From the NCBI GenBank assembly GCA_964291315.2, contig OZ219753.1:2688001-2752000 (forward strand): a DNA stretch of 64,000 bases, written 5' to 3'. The translations under genes and the position numbers were made by a program. The notes below the pieces were generated by a model. That model was not told the origin of the DNA and searched no databases. It saw only the letters and a program-made list of their open reading frames with translations. This DNA is from Candidatus Poribacteria bacterium. GTDB taxonomy: Bacteria > Poribacteria > WGA-4E > WGA-3G. Shown here one piece after another: positions 1 through 13,969 of this stretch (its first letter is position 1; each line of letters begins with the position of its first letter).

Positions 1-3000
1 TTGAAATAATAAGAAACTCGATTACGAGATTGAAACAATCTATCGCGGTGAGATTGCCTTGCAGGTATTCGTTGACTTGAAATAATAAGAAACTCGATTA
101 CGAGATTGAAACTCGGTTGGCATGGTGGCTTCGTTGGTCAGATGCCATGCATGGCTTGAAATAATAAGAAACTCGATTACGAGATTGAAACGTCTGTCAA
201 ATGACTTTATTGGTTGTCCAATATTCCCTTGAAATAATAAGAAACTCGATTACGAGATTGAAACTGATTCGAAGTGAGTGGTAATCAATACAATCTTTTT
301 CTTCACTTGAAATAATAAGAAACTCGATTACGAGATTGAAACCAGTCCCAAAATCTCGAACATGTCTTCGAGTTCTTGCTTGAAATAATAAGAAACTCGA
401 TTACGAGATTGAAACATACGTGATTAAAAAGGTTCAGTAGGTGCGAGGTGTCTTGAAATAATAAGAAACTCGATTACGAGATTGAAACTGTATAAAGCCG
501 ATACGGCGCAGTTGTCGTGGCGTTTTGGACTTGAAATAATAAGAAACTCGATTACGAGATTGAAACAGTGTCCTACTGAATCCTAAACTTTCAATAACAT
601 TACGACTTGAAATAATAAGAAACTCGATTACGAGATTGAAACTATAGTGAGTAAAGCCTTTATGGTGGCGAGTTGACAAACTTGAAATAATAAGAAACTC
701 GATTACGAGATTGAAACTAATATATCTATAGAAAATCAAGACAAGGTAAGTCTACTTGAAATAATAAGAAACTCGATTACGAGATTGAAACTGTACTGCT
801 CACGCCGCCAATCTACTGCCTGTTTCCTTGAAATAATAAGAAACTCGATTACGAGATTGAAACATACGCTTGCTCATATATGCCAAAGATTGTGCCTTCT
901 AACTTGAAATAATAAGAAACTCGATTACGAGATTGAAACAATCAAGAAGACGCAGCGAAAGAAATACCGTGGCTTAAACTTGAAATAATAAGAAACTCGA
1001 TTACGAGATTGAAACTAATTATTATCAACAGAAAAAGGCGATGCCCGCACGCTTGAAATAATAAGAAACTCGATTACGAGATTGAAACTATGCAAAAACA
1101 GCGCTACGTTGTAGTACACGTATAAACTTGAAATAATAAGAAACTCGATTACGAGATTGAAACGTATGCTTTGCGCTATTGTTTTATATGCTTATATTAT
1201 CTTGAAATAATAAGAAACTCGATTACGAGATTGAAACGCTTCGCTGGTCAGATGCCCCGCACGGTTGCCTTCTTGAAATAATAAGAAACTCGATTACGAG
1301 ATTGAAACGTATAATATATCTTAAGAAAAAGACAAGGTAAGTCTATACTTGAAATAATAAGAAACTCGATTACGAGATTGAAACAAGGTCACTGTAGACG
1401 TAGCGGTATATCCAGTGATATCTTGAAATAATAAGAAACTCGATTACGAGATTGAAACTTCTCTGAAATACGATGTAAGTTCGGCTTTGATGCCGTCACT
1501 TGAAATAATAAGAAACTCGATTACGAGATTGAAACATATCCAGTCCAACCGACGGCATTCCCCAACCACCCCACTTGAAATAATAAGAAACTCGATTACG
1601 AGATTGAAACCGTATTTAAAACATTGGGGGGTTTGGGGGGGTTTCACTTGAAATAATAAGAAACTCGATTACGAGATTGAAACGATGAATTGATCCAACA
1701 TCAACTCATCGTTGAGACTGCTTGAAATAATAAGAAACTCGATTACGAGATTGAAACCTAAAAGATCGCCTTGCTCAATTTGAAAGCAGCAGCTTGAAAT
1801 AATAAGAAACTCGATTACGAGATTGAAACTTAAATGCCGCCCAAGTCGATCGTCCGGCCGTTTTGCTTGAAATAATAAGAAACTCGATTACGAGATTGAA
1901 ACTTTAGCGAAAGAAAAATAGGTATGGATACCACAGGGAACGCCCCTTGAAATAATAAGAAACTCGATTACGAGATTGAAACGCATCCAACCGACTTCGG
2001 ATAACAAAATACGGACTTTCCTTGAAATAATAAGAAACTCGATTACGAGATTGAAACTTTGATGCTAGAGATAGGGGGCATGCCGTGTTTGATTTCTTGA
2101 AATAATAAGAAACTCGATTACGAGATTGAAACTTATGCTTGCAAGGTTTGAGACGCTCATGAAGTTGCCGCTGACTTGAAATAATAAGAAACTCGATTAC
2201 GAGATTGAAACAATACAAGAGGGCGTCGTTTTAAACGATGTCCTCTCACCTAAGCTTGAAATAATAAGAAACTCGATTACGAGATTGAAACATACATATA
2301 GCAAAATTTATGCTATTGTAAAAATAGCACTTGAAATAATAAGAAACTCGATTACGAGATTGAAACAATAGCATTTTGCAAATTTTGTATAAGCGTTTGC
2401 TTATTCTTGAAATAATAAGAAACTCGATTACGAGATTGAAACTGAATTAGAATACACGACAGCAGACGAATCCCAAGAACTCTTGAAATAATAAGAAACT
2501 CGATTACGAGATTGAAACTTCAACGAGGCGGATGCCTTCGGGCATTTCCTCTCCTGCTTGAAATAATAAGAAACTCGATTACGAGATTGAAACTCTGGAG
2601 GCGTTTCGCATATCCTCGCAGGTGCTCTGCCTCGAACTTCTTGAAATAATAAGAAACTCGATTACGAGATTGAAACTTATTAGGCGAAGCAGAGCGTGTT
2701 CCCCCAACACCGACTTGAAATAATAAGAAACTCGATTACGAGATTGAAACATGGGGAGGGAGACGACTTGCCCTCCGTGCCGTCTCCTTGAAATAATAAG
2801 AAACTCGATTACGAGATTGAAACACATAGATACCGGCACCGATTGCACGGTGGCGGAACCTCCTTGAAACTTGAAATAATAAGAAACTCGATTACGAGAT
2901 TGAAACAAGTTCTTTGAGTTGGTCAGTCAATCGCTTCGGGCGTCCAACTTGAAATAATAAGAAACTCGATTACGAGATTGAAACCATGTTTCCAGTCTCT

Positions 3001-4790
3001 CCATACCTCTAAGATCTCACTTGAAATAATAAGAAACTCGATTACGAGATTGAAACCGAGTCAACGGACGGGAGACACAATTCCGAAGCAAACTTGAAAT
3101 AATAAGAAACTCGATTACGAGATTGAAACATGTATATCGTAGGTTATATCGGTGTACCTCCCAAAATACTTGAAATAATAAGAAACTCGATTACGAGATT
3201 GAAACTGTTGTGAGCGTAGTCTGAGAGCGTTGGCAGACTACTTGAAATAATAAGAAACTCGATTACGAGATTGAAACCTGTGTTGTGTGCCTCAACTATA
3301 TTTAGCATTTTTCTTGAAATAATAAGAAACTCGATTACGAGATTGAAACTTCATAGCGAAGACTTTAATAGAGACTCGGCCGTCCCCTTGAAATAATAAG
3401 AAACTCGATTACGAGATTGAAACGGTACTTTTTCGGATATAAAAGCCGTTTGGATGCGTCTTGAAATAATAAGAAACTCGATTACGAGATTGAAACGTAG
3501 TTTTCAATAAGCGAGTTGACATAGTTAACGATCTTGAAATAATAAGAAACTCGATTACGAGATTGAAACTTTTTTTTCTTTTCTTTCGCATCGGCTTTGA
3601 CCAACTTGAAATAATAAGAAACTCGATTACGAGATTGAAACCGGTCGTGCAAAACCTTGACGGCGATTAGAAAAGTCTTCTTGAAATAATAAGAAACTCG
3701 ATTACGAGATTGAAACTTGGATCATCTGGCTGTCCATGCCAGTCAGGGCGTTGACTTGAAATAATAAGAAACTCGATTACGAGATTGAAACCCTGAAGCA
3801 TCGCGAACACCCACGTTGTTACCCCGACACTTGAAATAATAAGAAACTCGATTACGAGATTGAAACCCTAAAAGCAGTGAAGGAAAATCATTTGAAGTGG
3901 CACTCTTGAAATAATAAGAAACTCGATTACGAGATTGAAACTGCTGGCATTGATGCGATTGGCTATTGCGAAGATTTCTCTTGAAATAATAAGAAACTCG
4001 ATTACGAGATTGAAACTTTTTGTAGGGCCTTTAATGGATCTTTTGCTTCTTTTCTTGAAATAATAAGAAACTCGATTACGAGATTGAAACAAATTCAATA
4101 GAGAAGTTATTGGCGTTTGTCACCCGATAACTTGAAATAATAAGAAACTCGATTACGAGATTGAAACGGTGGTTAATCCCATATCGTCCAGTTTGAATTT
4201 GACTTCGCTTGAAATAATAAGAAACTCGATTACGAGATTGAAACGACATGGTTGGGGATTTAACACAAGGGGGATTAACACTACTTGAAATAATAAGAAA
4301 CTCGATTACGAGATTGAAACGCTACCCTTTGCGAATTCGCAACCTGCGCCGATTGCCGCTTGAAATAATAAGAAACTCGATTACGAGATTGAAACTTGTT
4401 GTTCGCCCGCGGGTCCGGCCTGCGTCCTGTGCGCTTGAAATAATAAGAAACTCGATTACGAGATTGAAACTTATATGCTATATTGTCCGAAGTGTCGGCG
4501 TCATGCCCTTGAAATAATAAGAAACTCGATTACGAGATTGAAACTCTGTCCCTTCATTGTCACCGGTTGCACTCGTAGCGATGCCTTGAAATAATAAGAA
4601 ACTCGATTACGAGATTGAAACTCTAATGTCGTTGCCCGAATGTGTCGGCACAGGAACGGAGACTTGAAATAATAAGAAACTCGATTACGAGATTGAAACG
4701 CAGGGACAAAGCGGATGGAGGAGCAGGGAAAGAGACCTTGAAGGGAAAGAGACCTTGAAATAATAAGAAACTCGATTATGAAATTGAAGT
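1..4790 (+). CRISPR. CRISPR array, ~64 repeats (CTTGAAATAATAAGAAACTCGATTACGAGATTGAAAC, 37 bp) with ~34-46 bp spacers; trailer end, continues upstream of the window
   Basis: Identical 37-bp repeats with unique spacers, internal hairpin CTCG-ATTA-CGAG and a 3' ATTGAAAC handle. The last repeat (4754-4790) is degenerate, marking the trailer end. Confidence 0.99.
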
Positions 4791-5137
4791 AATTGTGTAG
4801 GTAGGTAGAAAGACCTTCAGTAGTGTCAGCAGTTTTCGGAGAACAGCCCAGTTTTCCCCGGGCTCGTGTTAGGTGGGTTTGTCGTAACGGCCTTCTGCGG
4901 ACCGATAGCGATTCTCTTCAGCGTGGAGCAGGATCGTATACCACGATTAATTTGTAGACCCATATAATAGATAAGGTTCCCTAACCTCAATGGACTTTTT
5001 TAGAACACTGATATAAAATGCGACCTACTACCAAGCAAAAGTCACCACTGAAAAGTTGATTAAAATCATCGCTGTCCTTTGCTTTCCAACTCTCTTGTAG
5101 AAACCAATTCTGCCGGCCACTGACAGCCGACACCCCT

Positions 5138-6217
5138 TCAATCTATCTCCCACTCCTTCAAACCGAGCGGTAGCGGGGCGGGACGTTCCGTTATGCTTTC
5201 TATCGCAACATGCTGTCCTGTTTCGGAAGATTTGTCAAAGGCGCACATCACCTCAAGCACGTGATACGCCAGCGCACCGCTTGCACGATGCATACGTCCC
5301 GATTGGATTGCCGACACCATATCAATAACGCCAATCATCCGGGCGTTGTTTGGAAAAGCAATTTCCTCTGTTGCCCAGTCACCACCTGCAGGACAGACAT
5401 TTACAGGACCGCCAAATCCGTTCGGATCAGGGACTGTCATTGACCCGGTCTCTCCGTAAATTTCAATGCAAGGTAGACTGTGCCGCCACATATCGAAACT
5501 CATAATCATTGTGATAAGCGCACCGTTCTGAAATTCAAGTATGCCGGTGAGATGTGTTGTGACTTTAACAGGAATACACAAGCCGCGGACGGCTTGACTC
5601 GTTGCCACGCGCTCTTCAAACGCTTTCGTCGTAATCGCTGCAACACGTTTGACCGGACCGAGGATATTAACAAGAGCTGTCACGTAGTAAGGTCCCATAT
5701 CTAACATCGGCCCCCCGCCGATGTCATAATAGAAAGCCGGGTTCGGATGCCAGCTTTCGTGTCCGTGGCCACACATAAATGCAGTGCCTGCAATGGGGCT
5801 GCCAATTTTTCCCGCATCCAGTGCTTGCCGTGATGTTTGGATTCCTGCCCCCAGGAAGGTATCCGGGGCCGAGCCGACGCGGAGTCCTTTTTCTGCTGCA
5901 GCGTCAATCAGCTGTTTCCCGCTTTCGACATCGACACCGAGCGACTTTTCACTGTAGACGTGTTTGCCCGCTTCTAAAACTTGCAAACCGACATCGACGT
6001 GTGCTCTCGGAATGGTGAGGTTAACGACCAATTCGATCTCCGGGTCTGTAAGCAGTTCCTCCACACTGCATGCGTGGGCACCGTATTTTTCGGCTTGTGC
6101 CTGTGCCGCCCCCATTCGGAGATCAGCACAGGCTTTAATCTCTAAGAGGTTCGTTTTTCGCGCCCCCTCAAAATAGGCACTGCTGATTGTTCCACAACCA
6201 ATAATTCCAATTTTCAT
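5138..6217 (-). CDS. Gfo/Idh/MocA family oxidoreductase
   Basis: N-terminal GIIGCGTIS Rossmann motif, GKHVYSEK, GGGPMLDMGPY. Confidence 0.92.
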   Translation of the reverse strand: MKIGIIGCGTISSAYFEGARKTNLLEIKACADLRMGAAQAQAEKYGAHACSVEELLTDPEIELVVNLTIPRAHVDVGLQVLEAGKHVYSEKSLGVDVESGKQLIDAAAEKGLRVGSAPDTFLGAGIQTSRQALDAGKIGSPIAGTAFMCGHGHESWHPNPAFYYDIGGGPMLDMGPYYVTALVNILGPVKRVAAITTKAFEERVATSQAVRGLCIPVKVTTHLTGILEFQNGALITMIMSFDMWRHSLPCIEIYGETGSMTVPDPNGFGGPVNVCPAGGDWATEEIAFPNNARMIGVIDMVSAIQSGRMHRASGALAYHVLEVMCAFDKSSETGQHVAIESITERPAPLPLGLKEWEID

Positions 6218-6344
6218 TATTATATGTGCCTTTCAAGAACTTTAGCGTAACGTAAACTCGATGTAGTGCAGCCAGATCTATATGTATATGGATTGAATCT
6301 ATGCACCACCGCGTGCCCAAAATGTAGCTTGTTCTTACGTAATG

Positions 6345-8315
<1,971 letters not shown>

Positions 8316-8548
8316 TCAGTTTATACTCATCTTCATCTGTCCATGCATCCATTCAAATTGTTGCAAGACATGCTTTTCGGACAGCAGTAGGATACGTTTC
8401 ATATCAAAAAAGAAAAACAGTGAAATTAAACTCTTCATATTTTGTTCTATTTAACATGTTAACACAAGTTCCATATTTTCGCAAATCGAAGGATAACGGC
8501 GACGGGGTTGTTCAGTTGACTGCCGAAAGCCGGTAATGCGAAAAATAG

Positions 8549-8577
8549 TTGACAGATTACAAATCTATTGTTACGCT
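8549..8577 (+). promoter_or_regulatory. putative sigma70 promoter for glcB
   Basis: TTGACA-17 bp-TACGCT upstream of glcB. Confidence 0.45.
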
Positions 8578-8718
8578 AATTGAAAATTAAGACACCGTTT
8601 GTTGTCCATGTAAAGATGCATCGGTTAACAGAAATATGCCCTTTGCCATGGAGCAAACCTACGTCTTGCAGTACGGGGAACCTGCAAGCAATGCCCTGCA
8701 GCCCCTCAAAATGGAGAA

Positions 8719-10908
8719 ATGAGCATGGGAAACCGGATAGAAGTCGGTGGCCTCAGAATAGATGAAGATTTATATGCGTTAGTGAGAGACGATATCGCGC
8801 CTGGTACCGGGATAGAAGCAGAGGACTTCTGGGAAGCATTCAGCGACATCGTTGAAACGTTCGCGCCAGAGAATAAGAAGCTCTTGGAAAAACGGGACGA
8901 TCTCCAGCAGCAGATTGACGCGTGGCATCTGGCACGCAAAGGTCAGCCGATTGACGGTGAAACGTATAAAACGTTTCTTGTCGATATAGGCTACCTGCTC
9001 CCTGAAGGACAAGACTTTGCTGTAATTACAGAGAATGTTGATACGGAGATTTCGCTCATCGCCGGTCCACAATTAGTCGTCCCGACTGATAACGCCCGCT
9101 ATGCCTTGAACGCTGCGAATGCGCGTTGGGGAAGCCTCTACGATGCACTCTACGGCACCGATGTGATTGATGAATCAGACGGGGCTACACGAGATGCTAT
9201 CTACAATCCTGTTCGCGGCGCGAAAGTCGTCGCGTATACCGAGCAGTTTTTAGATGAAATGACCGGGTTGGAAACTGGTAGCTTCTCTGACGTTACTCAG
9301 TTTTCCCTAGGAAATTTTCTTGGCGAGCAACGGTTACGCGCCACGCTCAGTGATGGCAGCGAGGTCGGATTAGCAGACCCTACCAAGTTCGTGGGTTTTA
9401 CAGAAAATAAAGGTGAACTGAGTGCCTTTCTGCTTCGGAACCACGGGCTTCACATCGAAGTTCGGATAGACCGAGAACATCCGGTCGGAAACACACATCC
9501 TGCTGGTGTCTACGATGTTATTCTTGAGTCGGCTATCACAACTATTCAAGATTGCGAAGATTCCGTCGCAGCTGTGGATGCAGCAGATAAAATGCGCGTT
9601 TATAGAAACTGGAACGGTATCATGAAAGGGACATTGCAGGCGACGTTTGAAAAAAACGGCAGGATGTTGACTCGTCGCCTCGCCTCCGATAAAACCTTTA
9701 CTGCACCTAACGGAGGCACATTGACGTTACCAGGCAGGAGCCTCCTTCTAATTCGGAATGTCGGACTCCACATGTACACAGATGCTGTCACAACTGCGGA
9801 AGGTGAGGAAATTCCGGAAGGCATCTTAGATGCAATGGTAACCTCCCTGGCGGCAATGCATGACATTCAACGAAATGGTCCCCACACGAACAGCAAAACG
9901 GGGAGTATCTACATCGTCAAACCCAAGTTCCACGGTCCCGAAGAAGTAGATATGACAGTTCGGATTTTTGGGTGGATAGAATCCGCACTCGGACTCCTAA
10001 CGAATACCATTAAAATTGGGATTATGGATGAGGAACGGCGGACGACTGTCAATCTCAAAGAGGCAATTCGGGTGGCACAAGAACGACTCGTCTTTATTAA
10101 CACAGGGTTCTTGGATAGAACCGGCGACGAAATCCATACAAGCATGGAAGCGGGACCCGTAATTCCGAAAATGGAGATTCGCGACGCATCTTGGATGCTT
10201 GCATACGAAGATTGGAATGTCGATGTCGGAATAGAAACTGATTTGCCTGGGACTGCTCAGATTGGAAAAGGGATGTGGACCAAACCCGATCAGATGGCAG
10301 AAATGATGGAAACAAAGGTGAATCATCCATTAGCCGGAGCGACCACGGCATGGGTGCCCTCTCCAACAGCAGCAACGCTTCATGCAATACACTACCACCG
10401 GGTTGACATCGCGAACCGGATACAGGAACTTTCCACAAGGCAACGCGCCAGTTTAGCGGAGCTGTTGAAACCACCTCTGTTAGAAAAACGCGTATTGCGA
10501 GTCGATGAAATTCAGCGTGAATTAGATAACAACGCCCAAGGTATCTTGGGATACGTTGTCCGGTGGGTGGATCAAGGTATCGGCTGCTCGAAAATCCTCG
10601 ATATTAACAACATCGGTTTGATGGAGGATCGGGCGACCCTCCGGATTTCGAGTCAACATATTGCTAATTGGCTCCACCATGGAATTGTTACGAAGGAGCA
10701 GGTAACCGAAACTTTCCAACGCATGGCAAGCATCGTTGACCAACAGAACTCCGGGGACCCGAGTTATCGGGACATGGCACCCAATTACGCCACAAGTGTG
10801 GCCTTCCAAGCTGCTTTAGACTTGGTTTTTAAGGGGTGCAAGCTCCCGAACGGATATACAGAATTTGTACTCCATCCGCGGCGGCGAGAAGTCAAGGCAG
10901 GTAGTTAA
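8719..10908 (+). CDS. glcB: malate synthase G
   Basis: [68 protein letters not shown]. Confidence 0.98.
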   Translation: MSMGNRIEVGGLRIDEDLYALVRDDIAPGTGIEAEDFWEAFSDIVETFAPENKKLLEKRDDLQQQIDAWHLARKGQPIDGETYKTFLVDIGYLLPEGQDFAVITENVDTEISLIAGPQLVVPTDNARYALNAANARWGSLYDALYGTDVIDESDGATRDAIYNPVRGAKVVAYTEQFLDEMTGLETGSFSDVTQFSLGNFLGEQRLRATLSDGSEVGLADPTKFVGFTENKGELSAFLLRNHGLHIEVRIDREHPVGNTHPAGVYDVILESAITTIQDCEDSVAAVDAADKMRVYRNWNGIMKGTLQATFEKNGRMLTRRLASDKTFTAPNGGTLTLPGRSLLLIRNVGLHMYTDAVTTAEGEEIPEGILDAMVTSLAAMHDIQRNGPHTNSKTGSIYIVKPKFHGPEEVDMTVRIFGWIESALGLLTNTIKIGIMDEERRTTVNLKEAIRVAQERLVFINTGFLDRTGDEIHTSMEAGPVIPKMEIRDASWMLAYEDWNVDVGIETDLPGTAQIGKGMWTKPDQMAEMMETKVNHPLAGATTAWVPSPTAATLHAIHYHRVDIANRIQELSTRQRASLAELLKPPLLEKRVLRVDEIQRELDNNAQGILGYVVRWVDQGIGCSKILDINNIGLMEDRATLRISSQHIANWLHHGIVTKEQVTETFQRMASIVDQQNSGDPSYRDMAPNYATSVAFQAALDLVFKGCKLPNGYTEFVLHPRRREVKAGS

Positions 10909-10916
10909 ACCGAATT

Positions 10917-10940
10917 AGGCGGGGCTTCTCAACCTCGCCT
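10917..10940. terminator. GC-rich hairpin (REP-like or terminator) between convergent genes
   Basis: AGGCGGGG-N8-CCTCGCCT followed by a T-rich tract. Confidence 0.5.
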
Positions 10941-11034
10941 CTCTTGGGTGTTTTTCGCTGTCTTTGTTCAATCCGCTCTACATCTGTTCCAATTCCCTAA
11001 AAACCAACAACTAACAACCGAGAGGCGACGGCTC

Positions 11035-11892
11035 TTACGAGTCCAACTTATAAAATCTGATGGCATTGTCGCGGAAGAGATTCTGTAACTCCTCAGGAGT
11101 GCAGCCTGAGACCGCCTTTTGTAAGGTCCGTACCCACCGCGGATAATCGGTCGCTTGTGTGGAAACAGGCCAGTCACTCCCGTATATGACGCGGTCGAAA
11201 CCGAAACAGGTGATGACATGCTCAATATACGGTTGTAGATCGGCGGGCGTCCATGCTTCAAAATCCGCTTCTGTTACCAATCCTGATATTTTGCAGTAGA
11301 CGTTCGGAAACCCTGCAAGCGTCCGAATTTCCTGTTTCCACGGATCAAACAGTTGGGCTTTGATGTTAGGTTTACCGATATGGTCTAAGATAAATTGTAC
11401 CTGTGGACACTGTTCTACAAGCCGAATCACATTGGCAAGTTGTGGATGAAAAATACAGATGTCGAAACTCAATTCGTAGCATGAGAGTTTTTTTACGCCG
11501 CTCATGAAGTCAGGCTGAACGCAGAAATCAATGCTTTCGGATTGAATGAGTCGGCGAACGCCTTTGACAAGTGGATTCTCTGCCAATGTCTCGACAAAAG
11601 GTGTGACCTGCTCCCCCTCTTCAAGGGGTGCCCACGCCACAATACCCTGAATCCGAGGTTCTACTGTTGTTGCAAACGAAGTAACCCATGTTGTCTCTCT
11701 CAAGCCATCATCGGGGTGTGTATCGCATTGTACAAAGACGATAGATTCAATATTCAGTTCGCCAGAGGCATCAACGTAATCTGTTAGGAGATACGGTCTA
11801 TTTAGGGAAGGGACTTCCGAAAGCCAAGGATACCTCAAGTGCTCTGGCTGCCATAAATGAACGTGTGTGTCGACGATTGGGAATTTCTCCAT
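11035..11892 (-). CDS. amidohydrolase family protein (L-fuconolactonase-like)
   Basis: IVDTHVHLW, LDHIGKP, CKISGL, YGSDWPV; ATG at 11892 preferred over the longer ORF start. Confidence 0.88.
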   Translation of the reverse strand: MEKFPIVDTHVHLWQPEHLRYPWLSEVPSLNRPYLLTDYVDASGELNIESIVFVQCDTHPDDGLRETTWVTSFATTVEPRIQGIVAWAPLEEGEQVTPFVETLAENPLVKGVRRLIQSESIDFCVQPDFMSGVKKLSCYELSFDICIFHPQLANVIRLVEQCPQVQFILDHIGKPNIKAQLFDPWKQEIRTLAGFPNVYCKISGLVTEADFEAWTPADLQPYIEHVITCFGFDRVIYGSDWPVSTQATDYPRWVRTLQKAVSGCTPEELQNLFRDNAIRFYKLDS

Positions 11893-12165
11893 CCCGTTAC
11901 TCCTGTTTCGTGTGCGGTTTCCGCCTATTTTAATCTTTCCTTTTGAAATTGTCAACCTTTTTTTAGGGAGGATATGGAAAGGTTTCGGCAGCGGATTTTC
12001 AAATTAGGATTTTCCGGCTCGTGAGTAACGTTCAGGGTTAATGGCTGGCGGCACCCCGGCCTCCGGCTGCTAATTACCAGCTATCAACCCGCTACTAATA
12101 AAGTGTGGCAAAAAGTCAGAGGATATGGTAAACTGATACATATTCCAAATGGAGGTGTTAAAAAT

Positions 12166-12969
12166 ATGGCAAAAAAATCTAGAATTGTTATGGTGGCGGG
12201 AAACGCAAGTCATGGCGGTGGATCGCATGAACATCCTGCTGGGTGTGCCTTTCTTGCAGATCAGTTGAACAAAAACCTGGAAGGGGTGGAAGCAGTAGTC
12301 TTGCAAGGGTGGCCCGCAGATCCAGCAACCTTCGCTGATACAAATGCTATTATTGTATATTCAGATGGTGGGGCCAAACATCTTAGTATTCCGCACCTTA
12401 ATCAAATCTCTGAATTAATGGAACAGGGCATAGGACTTGCAATGCTGCACTATGCAGTCGAGGTGCCGAAGGGGGAACCTGGGGACTGTTTCTTAGATTG
12501 GATTGGCGGATATTTTGAGACACATCTTTCGGTTAATCCATATTGGACTGCAACGTTTACTAGGTTTCCTGAACATCCGATAACGCGTGGAATGGAGCCT
12601 TTTTCGTTAGAGGACGAGTGGTATTATCACATGCGATTCCGTGAAAAAATGCAGGGTGTAACGCCGTTGTTGAGTGCAGTTGCACCTCTGTCAACGCTTG
12701 AAAGGCCTGATGGTCCACACAGTGGTAACCCGCATGTGCGCGCATCCGTCGCTAATGGTGAGCTACAACATTTGGCATGGTGCCTCGAGCGTGCAGATGG
12801 CGGACGTGGTCTCGGATTTACCGGCGGACATCTCCATCGGAATTGGGCGGATGATAGACTGCGTAAGTTTATCCTCAACGCAATCGCTTGGACAGCGAAA
12901 GTGGAAGTTCCAGAGGCTGGTATCTCTACGCCGACACCGACCGAGGCAGAATTGGAGGCGTATCTATAA
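12166..12969 (+). CDS. ThuA-like (class I glutamine amidotransferase-like) domain protein
   Basis: SHGGGSHEH, LHYAVEVP, HPITRG, DEWYYHMRF, GFTGGHLH; GGAGG RBS before ATG 12166. Confidence 0.85.
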   Translation: MAKKSRIVMVAGNASHGGGSHEHPAGCAFLADQLNKNLEGVEAVVLQGWPADPATFADTNAIIVYSDGGAKHLSIPHLNQISELMEQGIGLAMLHYAVEVPKGEPGDCFLDWIGGYFETHLSVNPYWTATFTRFPEHPITRGMEPFSLEDEWYYHMRFREKMQGVTPLLSAVAPLSTLERPDGPHSGNPHVRASVANGELQHLAWCLERADGGRGLGFTGGHLHRNWADDRLRKFILNAIAWTAKVEVPEAGISTPTPTEAELEAYL

Positions 12970-13026
12970 ACTGTGGCACTCTTCGATGAATGGAGCTGAC
13001 CCCTCTCCCGGCTAAGGAGGCAGAAT

Positions 13027-13881
13027 GTGAACGAAGCGTTACAAGATTATCTCTTCGACTTACAAGGCTATCTGGTTTTAGAACGTGCGATCTCGGAAGA
13101 ACATCTAGGAAAGATAAACGCTTGGATCGAGACACATTGGGATTACGTTGCGGAACCGTGGGAGAAAAATACAGAAGATAAACGGATCCCACGCTGGATT
13201 GGCAATATCGAGACGCATACCTATAACATCGAAAACGGTGTGAATTTTCAGAATATCATTGAAGGTGGAGAGGTCTTCGAGAAATTAATCGACTATCCGG
13301 CCTGGATTAATCTCGTGCGGAAATACATTCATGAAGTCAACGGACTCTCTATCCATGAGAATTTTCTTAACGTCCGCGGGCCCGGTGGTTTCATTCATAT
13401 CCACTGCGGTGGACACGTTCCGCTGAGTTATCTGACATTTCGCCAAGAGAACACAGGGGAATGGATGGTCGGACAAATCAACGTGCTTATGGCAGTTAAC
13501 GATATTGGACCGGGGGACGGGGCACCGGTGTTGGTGCCGGGAAGTCACAAATGTACAGAGATCCACCCGCGTTTGAAGGTTGATGGGAAAGGCTTAGTTT
13601 ATGACGGGGTGAGTGGCAAACCCGCAGGGACAGCCTTCGGCGCAAAGGAAATCTATCTCAAGGCAGGCGATGTCGTAATGTTCACGGATGCCATTACACA
13701 TGGATCAGCAGAACGGACCAACGAGGGATACCGTCGGTCAATTGTCTATCGTTACTCGCCAAGGTATGTTCGCGAGCGTTTTGATTACCCGCATTCAGAA
13801 GAGTTCTTGGCATGTTTGACACCGGATCAGCGGAAGATTATCCAGCCGACATCGGTACGTCGTCCACCACAAGTTATCTAA
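13027..13881 (+). CDS. phytanoyl-CoA dioxygenase (PhyH) family protein
   Basis: YLFDLQGYLVL start, VPGSHK, AGDVVMFTDAITHGS. Confidence 0.85.
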   Translation: MNEALQDYLFDLQGYLVLERAISEEHLGKINAWIETHWDYVAEPWEKNTEDKRIPRWIGNIETHTYNIENGVNFQNIIEGGEVFEKLIDYPAWINLVRKYIHEVNGLSIHENFLNVRGPGGFIHIHCGGHVPLSYLTFRQENTGEWMVGQINVLMAVNDIGPGDGAPVLVPGSHKCTEIHPRLKVDGKGLVYDGVSGKPAGTAFGAKEIYLKAGDVVMFTDAITHGSAERTNEGYRRSIVYRYSPRYVRERFDYPHSEEFLACLTPDQRKIIQPTSVRRPPQVI

Positions 13882-13969
13882 CGAATGAATTAATTGCATG
13901 ATTACCTTTGAAATCAAAGCGGCTTCTATAAGAAGATACTTCATTTTTCATCTTATCATCTAACAGGAT

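Noticed and set aside
718-1347. AG|GTAAGT splice-donor-like motif in two spacers
   Set aside because: A short motif in AT-rich sequence; not evidence of a eukaryotic target.
434-4517. ORFs with repeated FNLVIEFLIIS / FQSRNRVSYYFK peptides
   Set aside because: Translations of CRISPR repeats, not genes.
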